Assembly (NCBI GenBank): GCA_964501795.1
Contig: CAZCUH010000003.1
Location: forward strand, 1-30,965
Source of the DNA: an uncultured Sulfurospirillum sp.
GTDB taxonomy: Bacteria > Campylobacterota > Campylobacteria > Campylobacterales > QNZT01
Length of the DNA stretch: 30,965 nucleotides
Direction: 5' to 3'
Shown piece after piece: positions 7,566-18,240 of this stretch. A program made the position numbers and the translations under genes. The notes under the pieces were generated by a model, which searched no databases, had not been told where the DNA came from, and saw only the letters and a program-made list of their open reading frames with translations. Positions within the stretch are counted from its first letter, which is position 1. The number at the start of each line of letters is the position of its first letter.

Positions 7566-9383
7566 TTAATAGATATAAAACTTTTTCATAAAGTTCTCAT
7601 CAACATCGAGTAAACCCCTCTCTTGTAGGCTTTTGAGAACATTTTGATCACAGTCTGTATCCTCTGGCCATCTACGAGAAAAGCCATCAATTTCCCCTTT
7701 ATTCGTTGCATCGATACAGATAAATTCCTTTTCTAGCACGACATCACGCGTTGCATCTATGTTATTGACGATACGCCAAAGCAACATATAGGGATTGTCC
7801 AAACTATTTTTATGGCTATCTACAACGATTACTAGCTTTGTATGAGGCTTGATTGCCTTTAATTTTTCAAAACTATCTTTTACTGGCGCTTTTTTATCAA
7901 TTGCGAGGATGACAATAGGTGTTTTTGTATAAGTTTTATACTGTTTGAGTTCACGCACATTAGGCTCCAACGCCTGTACTATATCAAGCAAGGCTTCATC
8001 ACTCACAATCTCTTTCGCTGGAAAGTTGACATTATCACGCGTACAGTCAATACCCAATTTTCCACCATATGCAAAATCATCAGAGGAGTGATCTAGCGCA
8101 TCGCAGACCCCCTCGCTTATCATGATATTCTCTATCTTGACACGATCGAGTATATAATCACTCAAAGCATCATAATCTTCCAAAGAAGGTGCATCTTCAT
8201 TGACAAATATCGCATGCTTGACAAAACTCATCTGTCCAACACCCCAAAATACATGCATAAATTGTTTGGCATGTCCAGGGTATTGGGTCTTCATCTTGGC
8301 AATGATAAGATTATGAAAGACACCATTTTCTGGCATCACATAATCAATCAAGTCAGGTGCCGTCGTACGAAGCAGTGGCAAAAATATCCGCTCCGTCGCC
8401 CAGCCCATATACTTATCTTCCAACGGTGGCTTACCAACCACAGTCGCCAAATAGACAGGATCCTTTTTATGACTGATACAAGTAACATCCATCACAGGAT
8501 ACTCTTCTTCAAGTGTATAGTACCCCGTATGATCACCAAAAGGCCCTTCAATCTCCATCTTAGAAGGATCTACCACACCTTCGATCACAAAATCAGCATC
8601 CTCAGGAATAAACAAATCATTTGTCAATGATTTTACAAGTCGTGCACTCTCACCCTTGATAAAACCATACATCAGTAATTCAAAAACGCCATGTGGTAAA
8701 GGCGCAGTAGCAGCCCAAGTATAGAGTGGATCTCCACCAATGGCAATAGAGACAGGCATCTTTTTACCCGCTTTTTTATATTCATTAAAAAAATTGGCTG
8801 AGTCTTTATGAATCTGCCAATGCATCCCTAAGCGTTTCTCACCATACACTTGCAGACGATACATTCCGAGATTTTTTCGTTCTCCATCTAAAGACTCTGT
8901 ATAGACTTGTCCCATCGTGATAAAAGGTCCACCATCTTGACTCCAAGTCGTTAGTATAGGCATATCATAGAGACTTAGCCTATCATCATGATAGACCACT
9001 TCCTGACAGGCACCTTTAGATTTTAAGCGTTTTGGAAAGACATTTTTAAGTGAAAAAAGCTGTGAGAGCATCCCAAACTTTTCACCCAAAGAGCTAGGTG
9101 GTTTGAGATGTAAAAGTTTTTCGATTTCATCCGCCACATCATCGGCCTTTTTACCAATAAAAAGCTCTGTCGCCTTATGCGAGCCAAAAGCATTCATCAA
9201 GACTGGTGTCGTGAATTTTTTACCCAATCTTTTCGAGACAGGATGTGTAAATAAAAGTGCTTTGGAATCTTGTTTTTTGACTTCAATATAAGCGATGTGG
9301 GGAATTTCTAAATCTATATCCACCTCTGCATCTATCTCTCGCAGAAGATTGTGTTCTTTGAGTAGGGCTATGGCATTTTTCAT
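7566..9383 (-). CDS. ubiD: UbiD-family decarboxylase (menaquinone biosynthesis type in Campylobacterota)
   Basis: DGGPFIT, NLGMYRLQ, MHWQIHKD, EGPFGDHTGYY, GKPPLED. Start 9383 chosen by SD spacing (9386 is possible). Confidence 0.95.
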   Translation of the reverse strand: MKNAIALLKEHNLLREIDAEVDIDLEIPHIAYIEVKKQDSKALLFTHPVSKRLGKKFTTPVLMNAFGSHKATELFIGKKADDVADEIEKLLHLKPPSSLGEKFGMLSQLFSLKNVFPKRLKSKGACQEVVYHDDRLSLYDMPILTTWSQDGGPFITMGQVYTESLDGERKNLGMYRLQVYGEKRLGMHWQIHKDSANFFNEYKKAGKKMPVSIAIGGDPLYTWAATAPLPHGVFELLMYGFIKGESARLVKSLTNDLFIPEDADFVIEGVVDPSKMEIEGPFGDHTGYYTLEEEYPVMDVTCISHKKDPVYLATVVGKPPLEDKYMGWATERIFLPLLRTTAPDLIDYVMPENGVFHNLIIAKMKTQYPGHAKQFMHVFWGVGQMSFVKHAIFVNEDAPSLEDYDALSDYILDRVKIENIMISEGVCDALDHSSDDFAYGGKLGIDCTRDNVNFPAKEIVSDEALLDIVQALEPNVRELKQYKTYTKTPIVILAIDKKAPVKDSFEKLKAIKPHTKLVIVVDSHKNSLDNPYMLLWRIVNNIDATRDVVLEKEFICIDATNKGEIDGFSRRWPEDTDCDQNVLKSLQERGLLDVDENFMKKFYIY

Positions 9384-9411
9384 CATTTTTCCTAAAAAAG
9401 ATTTCTCTAGG

Positions 9412-9441
9412 AAAAGGGTATTATAATCTTGATTAATACCC
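9412..9441 (-). terminator. Intrinsic terminator after hemC, with a TATAAT -10 box (9420-9425, minus strand) for ubiD embedded in it
   Basis: Minus strand reads GGGTATTA-N10-TAATACCC-TTTT; TATAAT overlaps the 3' arm. Confidence 0.6.
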
Positions 9442-9461
9442 TATGAATTATACAAGAAGCT

Positions 9462-10406
9462 CTAAAATATCTCATTGAGTGCTATTTCTTCTGCCCGTTT
9501 GAGCAGTTTGATAGCACCATTTTCTATCATGATATCTGCAAGTTCTTTGCCCATCTGTTTGTAGGCACTCTTATCACAGAATTTTTTCTCTTTGATGATT
9601 TCATTGCCATCAGGTAAACCCACACAGCATCGAGCAACAATACTCTCACCATCATACTTCGCATTGACACCTATAGGAACTTGACAGCCTCCTTGCAAGA
9701 CCGTCACAAAGTCTCTCTCTACGGTAGTCTCAATCAAGGCATTTTCATCATTGAGTACAGCAATAATCTCTAAAATTTTAGGATCATCAATCGCTTCAAT
9801 ACCAAGAGCTGCCTGTCCCATCGCAGGAATCATCTCTTGCACTTCTATAGGAGTGGCATACCGCACCTCAGCTTGCAATCCCAATCTATTCAACCCAGCA
9901 GTTGCCAAAATGATAGCATCATATTCACCATCTTTAAGTTTTCTGATTCTTGTATTGACATTACCTCGAAGATTTTTAATCTTCAAATCAGGACGCAATG
10001 CCAGTATCTGCATACGCCTTCTCAAACTTGTAGTCCCAACAACAGCACCCTGAGGCAGTGCATCGATATTCTCATATTTTTCACTCAAAAGACAATCACG
10101 CACATCCTCTCGTGCTGTGATAGCACCCAACACAAGCCCCTCAGGAAATTCCATCGGTACATCTTTAAGACTATGCACCGCGATATGTGCACGCCCCTCA
10201 AGCATCGCATCTTCAAGCTCTTTGGTAAATAGCCCTTTACCACCAATCTTTGCCAAAGGAGTATCCAAAATCTTATCCCCTTTTGTTGACATCTCACTAA
10301 GTACAACTTCCATATCAGGAAAGGCTTTCTCAAGTTTGGCTTTGATGTGTTCAGATTGCCATAAGGCTAATTTACTTTTTCTCGTCGCTATGATAAGTTT
10401 TTTCAC
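9462..10406 (-). CDS. hemC: Hydroxymethylbilane synthase (porphobilinogen deaminase)
   Basis: IATRKSKLALWQ, GGKGLFTKELE, HSLKDVP, GTTSLRR, LRGNVNTR, GGCQVPIG. Confidence 0.98.
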   Translation of the reverse strand: MKKLIIATRKSKLALWQSEHIKAKLEKAFPDMEVVLSEMSTKGDKILDTPLAKIGGKGLFTKELEDAMLEGRAHIAVHSLKDVPMEFPEGLVLGAITAREDVRDCLLSEKYENIDALPQGAVVGTTSLRRRMQILALRPDLKIKNLRGNVNTRIRKLKDGEYDAIILATAGLNRLGLQAEVRYATPIEVQEMIPAMGQAALGIEAIDDPKILEIIAVLNDENALIETTVERDFVTVLQGGCQVPIGVNAKYDGESIVARCCVGLPDGNEIIKEKKFCDKSAYKQMGKELADIMIENGAIKLLKRAEEIALNEIF

Positions 10407-11272
10407 TATTTTAGTATCTCTTTATATTTATTTCTTGAATAATCTTTTTTACCATCTACATAAATAGTAGGTGTACCACTAATCATCAACTTTCCACCAG
10501 CTTCAATATCTTCACTATAATGTGTCAATATATCTTGTGCATTGATATCTTTTTCTGTGATATGTGTACCTATGGCTTTATTAAAAGCTTTCAAAATCTT
10601 TTTATCATCATCGGTATTAAGTTCAAATTTTGCCGCATAGACTTTTTCAACTACATTTTTCACACCTTGTTTCTCAGCGACTAAAATCGCTTTTATCACA
10701 GTTGGCGCCTCCTTATGTAACATCGTCAAAGGAAAATGATAATAATAGAGCGCTATTTTATCAGGATGTTCTTTAGCCGCTTTTAAGAGTTTTGGCATAT
10801 AAGATTGACAAAATGGACAGATAGGATCAGAAAATGCCACTATCTTCATCTTCGCATCAGCATTTCCATAGAGGAGGTGATCTGCTTTATAAAATGCTTT
10901 TTCATCTAAATCAGGTGCCATATGATCCTTGAGAGAACTCTTTGTCTTCATATTGATAAAATCTCTTACGATATAGGTACCATTTGAGAAGATTTTATCA
11001 TGCACAGTCATAATGCTATCTTTCTTTTTTTTCTTTTTCTCTACCTCTAAGTCAATATCGAGGAAATAGACTTTCCAATTAGGCAGTGTATCCACCGTAG
11101 CAGACTGTCCGACCCTTATCTCTTTGAGTTTAAAGTTTTTATTGACATTAATCGCCTTTTTTACATAAGCAATAATATCTTTCTCAACTTTCTCATTTGC
11201 TGTACTTTTAGCACTCACAACAGCACTACTTAATAGTGTCAATATCAATAACTTCGACATCAATCGCGTCAT
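10406..11272 (-). CDS. Periplasmic thiol:disulfide oxidoreductase, DsbC/DsbG-like (N-terminal domain plus thioredoxin fold)
   Basis: Signal peptide, FSDPICPFC (CXXC), YYHFPL, GTPT cis-Pro loop. Start 11272 from SD AAGGA spacing. Confidence 0.85.
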   Translation of the reverse strand: MTRLMSKLLILTLLSSAVVSAKSTANEKVEKDIIAYVKKAINVNKNFKLKEIRVGQSATVDTLPNWKVYFLDIDLEVEKKKKKKDSIMTVHDKIFSNGTYIVRDFINMKTKSSLKDHMAPDLDEKAFYKADHLLYGNADAKMKIVAFSDPICPFCQSYMPKLLKAAKEHPDKIALYYYHFPLTMLHKEAPTVIKAILVAEKQGVKNVVEKVYAAKFELNTDDDKKILKAFNKAIGTHITEKDINAQDILTHYSEDIEAGGKLMISGTPTIYVDGKKDYSRNKYKEILK

Positions 11273-11633
11273 CATCATCCTTTCTTTTCATCTTTTTAGA
11301 TTTTAATTTCAAAACTTTTTTAGCAATAAATGTACCAATGAAGCTAAATTGCAACGCAGCGCCTAATATATCGCTAAAAAAACCTGGAATTATCAAAAGT
11401 ATGGCACCTATAAGTGTAAAGAGACTGAGTTTTTGAAACTCTTCTATCCCCATCTCTCCACTCATAAGCATCGCCATACTTTGTGTAACAGTATAACGAA
11501 AATTGATTAATAGAAAAAAACCAACTCCAGCAGAGAAAATGATCTCCAAAAAAGTGAGCAATCCTCCAATCTCGCTTGAGATATTGGAGGTAACCATCAC
11601 TTCTATAAAGAGATACAATAGAAAATATATCAA
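11226..11633 (-). CDS. fxsA: FxsA family membrane protein
   Basis: Hydrophobic N-terminus with FIE and LLIIPGFFSDILG motif; acidic tail DDDAIDVEV. Confidence 0.88.
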   Translation of the reverse strand: MIYFLLYLFIEVMVTSNISSEIGGLLTFLEIIFSAGVGFFLLINFRYTVTQSMAMLMSGEMGIEEFQKLSLFTLIGAILLIIPGFFSDILGAALQFSFIGTFIAKKVLKLKSKKMKRKDDDDAIDVEVIDIDTIK

Positions 11634-13325
11634 CTAGAGTCCTTTAATTTTCTCAAATATTGCATCTTTGGAGATACTCTCTTTCTCTAAAGTAGCACGA
11701 TTTACAAGTTGTACTTCTCCCTCTTTAAGACCTTTTCCTATGATGATAGCATAAGGAAATCCAAGTAGTTCAAAATCACCCATTTTAAAGCCAAAACGCT
11801 CATGACGATCATCTAGTAAAACAGAAATCCCAGCATCTCTCATCTGCGTATAAAGTGCTGTTGCAAAGGCAAGTTGTGCTTCATCTTTCATATTTGAAAT
11901 CACGATATCAAATTTAAAGGGAGCTGTTGCCTCTGTCCATAAACAACCTTTTTCATCATGGTGTTGCTCTATCATGACAGCCACCAAACGACTCACTCCT
12001 ATGCCATAAGTACCCATGACAAATGGTTTACTTTTACCATCTCGATCTAAAAATGTTGCACCCAATGCTTCACAATAGCCTGTTCCTAGTTGAAATATAT
12101 GCCCTACTTCTATCCCCTTGGTCATTTCAAGCTTGCTACTACAAGCAACACAAACATCTCCAGCATGCACAGCGGCTATATCATGATAGGAAAACGGCTG
12201 ATTCTCAAAGCTCACACCGATATCATGATAATCTTTTTTATTGGCACCACAAATCAGTGAGTTTGCATCTTTTAAGCTCTCATCAACATAACAATCCACG
12301 CTTTGGTCAAAAGGTCCTATAAAACCTACCACAATACCTGCAGCTTCCAATTCCTCACAACTTACATCTTCAAGTTCTAAGGCTCCACAGGCATTTTGTG
12401 CCTTGACTTCTTGGAGTTCATCGCTACCTCGCAAAAAGAAAAGTACAATTTTCTCAGATGCTTCATAGATTGCTTTTTTCGCAACTGCTTTGACAAAGTA
12501 ATATGGTTCTACTTTGAAAAAGTCACTCAACGCTTCTATGCTCGTAATATCTGGTGTATGAAAAGCACCACCTTGCATCTCTACTTCACCTTCTGGCGCC
12601 GTTGGTACTTGTCGTTTTGCTGCTTCTATATTGGCAGCATAGTCACACTGTGAACAGATGATGATGTCATCTTCACCATTTTCTGCCAAGACCATCAATT
12701 CTCTCGAACCGCTTCCACCTATGGCACCACTATCAGCTTCTACGACACGAAAATCAAGTCCAAGTCGCTGTAATATTTGACTATAAGTCTGCTCCATCAA
12801 GGCATATTCTCGTTTTAAATCTTCAACATTTTCATGGAAACTATACCCATCTTTCATCAAAAATTCACGCCCTCGAAGTAGTCCATATCGTGGTCTCGCT
12901 TCGTCACGAAATTTTGTATTGATTTGATAGAGATTAAGGGGGAGTTGTTTATAGCTTTTGATACGATTTCGTACCAAATCCACCATCGCCTCTTCATGGG
13001 TTGGTCCTAAGACAAATTCATTGTTTTTTCTATCTTTAAAACGCAATAACTCTTTACCAAACTTTGCATATCGCCCGCTCTCTTTCCAAAGCTCCGAGGG
13101 AGTCACAAATCCTAATTGTACCTCTTGACACCCTGCATGTTCTAACTCCTCTTTGACAATCGCTCTTATCTTATCTAAAACAATTTTTCCTAGTGGTAAA
13201 AAGTTATATATCCCTGCGCCTATCTGTGATACAAAGCCACCTCTGACGAGATAAATATGGCTAGGAAGTATGGCATCTTTTGGTGCATCTTTTGTTGTCG
13301 GTGCAAACAGGTTTGTAAATCTCAC
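11634..13325 (-). CDS. proS: Proline--tRNA ligase with editing insertion domain
   Basis: [56 protein letters not shown]. Confidence 0.98.
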   Translation of the reverse strand: MRFTNLFAPTTKDAPKDAILPSHIYLVRGGFVSQIGAGIYNFLPLGKIVLDKIRAIVKEELEHAGCQEVQLGFVTPSELWKESGRYAKFGKELLRFKDRKNNEFVLGPTHEEAMVDLVRNRIKSYKQLPLNLYQINTKFRDEARPRYGLLRGREFLMKDGYSFHENVEDLKREYALMEQTYSQILQRLGLDFRVVEADSGAIGGSGSRELMVLAENGEDDIIICSQCDYAANIEAAKRQVPTAPEGEVEMQGGAFHTPDITSIEALSDFFKVEPYYFVKAVAKKAIYEASEKIVLFFLRGSDELQEVKAQNACGALELEDVSCEELEAAGIVVGFIGPFDQSVDCYVDESLKDANSLICGANKKDYHDIGVSFENQPFSYHDIAAVHAGDVCVACSSKLEMTKGIEVGHIFQLGTGYCEALGATFLDRDGKSKPFVMGTYGIGVSRLVAVMIEQHHDEKGCLWTEATAPFKFDIVISNMKDEAQLAFATALYTQMRDAGISVLLDDRHERFGFKMGDFELLGFPYAIIIGKGLKEGEVQLVNRATLEKESISKDAIFEKIKGL

Positions 13326-14650
13326 GCTTTATCCTTTGGTTTTAAATCTTTTTCGATTTGATAATCACATTTATAAGTATCCAATGCTTTTCTTTGCTGT
13401 GCATTGAGTCCGAAAAAAAGTTGAATAGACTGTACAACCGTATCAGACTGAGGCAATTCTGATACATTTTTTAATTTTTTTGTAGGCTCATGCAAGAACT
13501 GATTAAATGCTCCATGAAGTACTTTTTTCATCGATGCTTCATGTTCTTTGGGTATATACCCTTTTTTGATAGCTTTTGCCAGTTCTTTCTCACTGCACTC
13601 CTGCGCCATGTCACGAATCTCTTTGATGAGTGGATCAACAGAAAGGGTTTGAAGCCATTTGAAAAACTCTTCTGTAAACTCTTCGATGATACGATAAGCA
13701 AGCTTCGCATTCTTCTCACGAAGCGCCATATTTTGCTGCATAATTCCTTGTAAATCATCTACCGCATAAACGCTAATATCTTCTTGCTGAGATTCACTAA
13801 TGTCACGAGGTACTGCCAAATCAAACCAATGACGCTTAAATGAGGCTTCTTTTACTATATCTTCTGTGATGATACACTCCGCTGCAGCCGTTGCAGAGAA
13901 AAGCAATCGATAATGATTTACCAAATGTTCTAATTCAGAAAAAGGCTCTACAATCACACTCACACCTTCTATCTGTTCAGCCAATTTATAAGCATTTTCC
14001 ATATTTCTATTGATGATGATGAGATTTGCACCAGCATTGGCTAAATGTTTTGCTGCCAAAGTACTCATCTCTCCAGCACCTACAATAACAGCACTATATC
14101 CTCCCAAGTTACCACCAAAAAGTTCTTTGGCTTTGTTGACTGCAACAGAGGCAACAGAGATAGGATTTTTAGAGATATCTGTCGAATTGCGTATCATCGC
14201 AGCACAACGAAAAGCGTGATGCATCACCCGTGCCATTTTCTGCCCTGAAAAACCATGGTCATAAGAAAATTTAAATGCCTCTTTGACCTGTCCCACGATT
14301 TGTGTCTCACCCACTACCAAGCTATCTAGTGAAGAGACAACAGAAAAGAGGTGATGCACTGCCTTAGCATCTTCATACATCTCACCATTATCACGCAGCA
14401 TATTGATATCAACTTGTGCAAAATCAGCCAAATAGTCATAAACTTTTTCACTGACACCTAACACACTATTGACACTTAAGATGATTTCCACACGGTTACA
14501 AGTTGATAAAAGTATCGTTTCATTGATGTTTGCTAAGGTGTCTAGATAGTGGTAAAAATCTAGCAACTTTTCATCGCTATTAAAGGCAAGTTTTTCGCGT
14601 GTTTCTATCTCTGTATTTTTGTGGGTAAAGGATAGTGTTATATAGTGCAT
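13322..14650 (-). CDS. hemA: Glutamyl-tRNA reductase
   Basis: [38 protein letters not shown]. Confidence 0.98.
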   Translation of the reverse strand: MHYITLSFTHKNTEIETREKLAFNSDEKLLDFYHYLDTLANINETILLSTCNRVEIILSVNSVLGVSEKVYDYLADFAQVDINMLRDNGEMYEDAKAVHHLFSVVSSLDSLVVGETQIVGQVKEAFKFSYDHGFSGQKMARVMHHAFRCAAMIRNSTDISKNPISVASVAVNKAKELFGGNLGGYSAVIVGAGEMSTLAAKHLANAGANLIIINRNMENAYKLAEQIEGVSVIVEPFSELEHLVNHYRLLFSATAAAECIITEDIVKEASFKRHWFDLAVPRDISESQQEDISVYAVDDLQGIMQQNMALREKNAKLAYRIIEEFTEEFFKWLQTLSVDPLIKEIRDMAQECSEKELAKAIKKGYIPKEHEASMKKVLHGAFNQFLHEPTKKLKNVSELPQSDTVVQSIQLFFGLNAQQRKALDTYKCDYQIEKDLKPKDKA

Positions 14651-15543
14651 TAAAATTCTCTTTCAATCATATTTTTTATCACAGACTCTAAAGCCTCATT
14701 TTTCTCTTCTTTTATCGCATCTAGTGCTTCAAGCCCAAGTTTTTGTGCCAATTGTATAGACTTCTCTATAGCACCACTCTCTATCATGATAGACTTTATC
14801 CAGGCTGCATCTTCACTGCTTAATTGCTTTTTATAGAGTCCTTCTAGCCTCTTTTTCTGCTCCTCATCTATACGATCAAAGAGATAGATATACGGTAAGG
14901 TCGTTTTTCCCTCTTCATAGTCATGTAAAGCGGGTTTGCCCAAGGTATCAGCATCCATCGTGATATCTAAGACATCATCTATGATTTGAAAAGCAAGTCC
15001 AAGATTTTTCCCATAAAGCCCAAAAGCTTCTGCATCCTTATGCGCCAATAAAGCAGCAGATTTTGCCGCAGCTTCTATCAATACCGCCGTTTTTTTATAT
15101 ATCATATCAAAATAGCGCGCTTCATCTAAATTGAGTGATTTTGATAATTCAACATCCATCAATTCCCCAACAGAGAGCATCGTTACCGCATCTGCAACTG
15201 TCTTGGATATCTCTTGTGAAAAAGCCGTAAGAAGAGAAAAGCCCTCTGAATATAAAATATCCCCTAACATGATAGCTGTTTTATTACCAAATTGGGCATT
15301 GATTGAAGCAATGCCCCGTCTTGTATCAGCATCATCGATCACATCATCATGCAGTAAACTTGCAGCATGAATCAGCTCTACAATAGCTGCCAACGAAACA
15401 CTCTCTTCGCTTTCACCTGCTATCTTTAAGATAAGCTTTGCTCTTAAACGCTTTCCAAAAGGAAGCTTTTCATACAATGAAAGTGCATGCGCATCTAACC
15501 CTGCCACGCTCTCATGCATCAGTGTTTCAACTTCTTCTAGCAT
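14650..15543 (-). CDS. ispB: Polyprenyl (octaprenyl-type) diphosphate synthase
   Basis: GKRLR, ELIHAASLLHDDVID, RRG, AFQIIDDVLD, GKP..D..EGK.TLP. Chain length cannot be determined from sequence. Confidence 0.9.
   Translation of the reverse strand: MLEEVETLMHESVAGLDAHALSLYEKLPFGKRLRAKLILKIAGESEESVSLAAIVELIHAASLLHDDVIDDADTRRGIASINAQFGNKTAIMLGDILYSEGFSLLTAFSQEISKTVADAVTMLSVGELMDVELSKSLNLDEARYFDMIYKKTAVLIEAAAKSAALLAHKDAEAFGLYGKNLGLAFQIIDDVLDITMDADTLGKPALHDYEEGKTTLPYIYLFDRIDEEQKKRLEGLYKKQLSSEDAAWIKSIMIESGAIEKSIQLAQKLGLEALDAIKEEKNEALESVIKNMIEREF
14781..14792. repeat. Iterated palindrome CTATCATGATAG, exact copy inside ispB (extends to 14-bp TCTATCATGATAGA)
   Basis: Read directly. Confidence 0.95.
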
Positions 15544-15544
15544 A

Positions 15545-15967
15545 TCAACCTTTTCTTGTTTTGGGATCTGTAAATTTTATCTCTAAGCTCTTTTGTGGAT
15601 CAGTCACAAATGCTTTGAGTAGCGCACTTCTATTTTTAGCATTAAAATCTTTAAAGGAGAGAATAAGATAAGATCTTTTACTACGCTCATGATAATCATC
15701 TCTAAGTGCTATTTTAATACTATCTCGCTTATACTTTTTTTGTAGGATGTACTGCGTAGGAAATCCGTCATACTTTATGAGAAGTACGAGACGCTCATTT
15801 TGATAAAGCGTCCATCGAAGCGTTACAACTCTCACACTAGCATCTTGCTTTTTTTTCACCTCAATTTTTCCAACTGCATCCTTTGTCAAGACAAAATTAT
15901 GTGAAAAATCCCACTTAAAAGCGACAAGGATGAGTGGCAAAAAAAGTGTTAAAAAAAGTTTTTTCAT
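15545..15967 (-). CDS. Exported hypothetical protein (resembles the gene at this position in C. jejuni)
   Basis: Signal peptide MKKLFLTLFLPLILVA; tightly coupled to neighbours. Confidence 0.75.
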   Translation of the reverse strand: MKKLFLTLFLPLILVAFKWDFSHNFVLTKDAVGKIEVKKKQDASVRVVTLRWTLYQNERLVLLIKYDGFPTQYILQKKYKRDSIKIALRDDYHERSKRSYLILSFKDFNAKNRSALLKAFVTDPQKSLEIKFTDPKTRKG

Positions 15968-16248
15968 TCTGCTTGTGTTAAAATATCTCCCATACCAGCG
16001 ATATAGGCATTTTTCAAGTCATCTTCAACACTCTCAATATTGCTTGCAATATATGATACAACAAGCTTTTCGAGATCTTCACCCTCTTGTAATCTCTCTT
16101 CGAGTAATTTTTCTAGTGCATTCATGCGTCTTAAATTGTTACTCAATTCATTTTCCACCACGGAACGATTTGCATTAAAAATAATATCAAAATACTTTTT
16201 TTCTGCCGTTCCCCCAAACAGTGCATCGTCTTCATTAAAATCAAACAT
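15964..16248 (-). CDS. Small acidic conserved protein, DUF2018-like
   Basis: LFGGT..KKYFDIIFNANRSVVE..L pattern; synteny with ispB-hemA-proS; SD AGGGG. Confidence 0.75.
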   Translation of the reverse strand: MFDFNEDDALFGGTAEKKYFDIIFNANRSVVENELSNNLRRMNALEKLLEERLQEGEDLEKLVVSYIASNIESVEDDLKNAYIAGMGDILTQAE

Positions 16249-16278
16249 TTTATCCCCTATATTTTATTTTCAAAAGAG

Positions 16279-16287
16279 ATTATAGCA
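16279..16287 (-). promoter_or_regulatory. Extended -10 promoter TGCTATAAT for the DUF2018...hemC run
   Basis: Perfect TGnTATAAT on the minus strand about 30 nt upstream of the ATG at 16248. Confidence 0.8.
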
Positions 16288-16292
16288 TAATA

Positions 16293-17228
16293 TTATGAGA
16301 AAAAATGGCTAATGAGCTCTCGTAAATGGTTATAATCATCTATTCTATTAATTTTATCGCGAAACTCCGAAGCAGCAGGGAAACCTTTTGAATAAGTGTG
16401 CAAATGTTTTCTAAATATTGAAACACCCTTGTCACCATAAAACTCATACATCAAGTCATAGTGTCGTAAAACAATCTCTTTGATCTTCTCTTTTTCTACA
16501 CTTTTTAAACTATTTTTTAATTGGTAAAATATCCATGGATTGCCCACTGCACCACGCCCTATCATGATACCATCACAATTGGTATATTCTCTCACATGCT
16601 GCGCTATCTCCAAGGAAGTGATATCTCCATTGGCAATGACAGGAATATTGACTGCCTCTTTTGCCTCTTTGATAGGCGTATAGTCAATGGGAGCCTTATA
16701 TTTACCAGCTCTAGTTCGTCCATGAAAAGTGATAAAATCAGCACCTGCATTTTCAACTGATTTTGCAATATCTGCTGCAATTTTTTCATTAAATCCCAAA
16801 CGAGACTTTACTGAGGTGTACTCTTTATTGGAATATTTTTTAATGGTTTCAATCACACGAGACATTTGTGGTAAATCCGTTAGTAAAGATGAACCAGAAT
16901 TTTGAGAGACGATTTTGGGAACAGGACATCCACAGTTTAGATCGATCCCATCAATCCCATCAAAATCATTTAAGATAAGCACTGCCTCTTTAATGACATC
17001 AACATCACTACCTGCAATTTGTACGATATAGGGAGACTCACTTGGAGACTTTTCAACCATCTTAAATGTTCGTGAAGAGTGGTATTTTAGTGCATTGGCA
17101 CTTATCATTTCAGATATCGTGACATCTGCACCAAATTCTTTAGCAACAGAGCGGAAAGGAAGATCTGTATAGCCCGCCAAAGGGGCTAACATCACAATAT
17201 CCTTTTTAGAAAAATCTATTGTAGCCAC
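16293..17228 (-). CDS. dusB: tRNA-dihydrouridine synthase (DusB-like)
   Basis: LAPLAGYTDLPFR, SEMIS, DLNCGCPVPKI, HGRTR, NGDI, MIGRGAVGNPWIF. Confidence 0.92.
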   Translation of the reverse strand: MATIDFSKKDIVMLAPLAGYTDLPFRSVAKEFGADVTISEMISANALKYHSSRTFKMVEKSPSESPYIVQIAGSDVDVIKEAVLILNDFDGIDGIDLNCGCPVPKIVSQNSGSSLLTDLPQMSRVIETIKKYSNKEYTSVKSRLGFNEKIAADIAKSVENAGADFITFHGRTRAGKYKAPIDYTPIKEAKEAVNIPVIANGDITSLEIAQHVREYTNCDGIMIGRGAVGNPWIFYQLKNSLKSVEKEKIKEIVLRHYDLMYEFYGDKGVSIFRKHLHTYSKGFPAASEFRDKINRIDDYNHLRELISHFFS

Positions 17229-17234
17229 AGAGAC

Positions 17235-18239
17235 CTATACAAAAAGCTCTGTATCAAAGTTACGACCTTGATCTTTCAAAAAGAGGATATATCTAAATTT
17301 TTGATACTCATCTTCGGAGGCATTTGCCAAAAATTCTCTTGCATCATCTATCATCTGAAGTTCAAATAAGACATAAAGATATGCCTCTCCAGCGGTATTT
17401 GGAAATTCATGCGCAAGCTTTCCTGCGAGGTTCAAGAGTCTATCAGGCACAAGCTTTGCTCTTAATTTTTTCATAAGAGCAATAAAATCTTCACTTGTAT
17501 AATCCAAATGCTTTATATAGGCGATGATTTCATCATCACCCAATTCTAAAGCATCTTCTTTGGCATTCATGCGATTTATCATGATATCAAAAACTTCTCT
17601 TGATGGTTCGACTTCATACTTGACAAGTTCTGACATCGGTGCATAAGTAGCAAAGGTCAAAAACGCTTTTTTACAAGTCGCTTTATCATCACATCTTTTT
17701 AAAATAGTGCTTGCATAAGTCTTGTCTTGTGCCATTTGATTTAAAGCATTTTGTAACATATATGGGTTACTTGGCTTTAAGTCATACTTTGTCAAGTCCA
17801 CGACTTCACCATTTTCTAAACGCTCTTTTGCCTCTAAGATATCTTGCACATCGTCATTGTAGATACGATATTTTTTTGCTTTATAGGGATCAGAATTTAA
17901 AAGAGGCAAAATCGCACCAGGCAACTTAAAAAAATCACTTTTATAATCTGCTTTTATCTCTTTACCCAAAAGTGCTTCTTTCGCCGCTTGTGTAAATTTC
18001 TCTCCATCTTTTTTTACACGCCTAAATCGTATCGTATTGGTAGTGCCGTAAAATATAAGGTGCGCGATAGTGGCTAAGAAAAGTAAAATAACTGGTAAAA
18101 TAACCCATATAGCTACAGGTAGTGTAATAGGTACATCAACGATATTTAAAGTATATTTTCCACCTTCAAAACTATAAACATACACACCCAAAAGGATGAT
18201 AAAAAATAGCCCAAAACCAATATACTTTTTTAATCCCAT
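17235..18239 (-). CDS. Conserved membrane protein: two N-terminal TM segments plus a soluble helical region
   Basis: Two hydrophobic stretches at the N-terminus; lies between dksA and dus, the arrangement I recall from C. jejuni. Confidence 0.75.
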   Translation of the reverse strand: MGLKKYIGFGLFFIILLGVYVYSFEGGKYTLNIVDVPITLPVAIWVILPVILLFLATIAHLIFYGTTNTIRFRRVKKDGEKFTQAAKEALLGKEIKADYKSDFFKLPGAILPLLNSDPYKAKKYRIYNDDVQDILEAKERLENGEVVDLTKYDLKPSNPYMLQNALNQMAQDKTYASTILKRCDDKATCKKAFLTFATYAPMSELVKYEVEPSREVFDIMINRMNAKEDALELGDDEIIAYIKHLDYTSEDFIALMKKLRAKLVPDRLLNLAGKLAHEFPNTAGEAYLYVLFELQMIDDAREFLANASEDEYQKFRYILFLKDQGRNFDTELFV

Positions 18240-18240
18240 T

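Noticed and set aside
11021-11040. A-rich tract coding KKKKKK in the Dsb gene as a phase-variation site
   Set aside because: The longest run is 8 T, the frame is intact, and Campylobacterota contingency loci are typically poly-G/C. Poly-A runs are common at this GC content.
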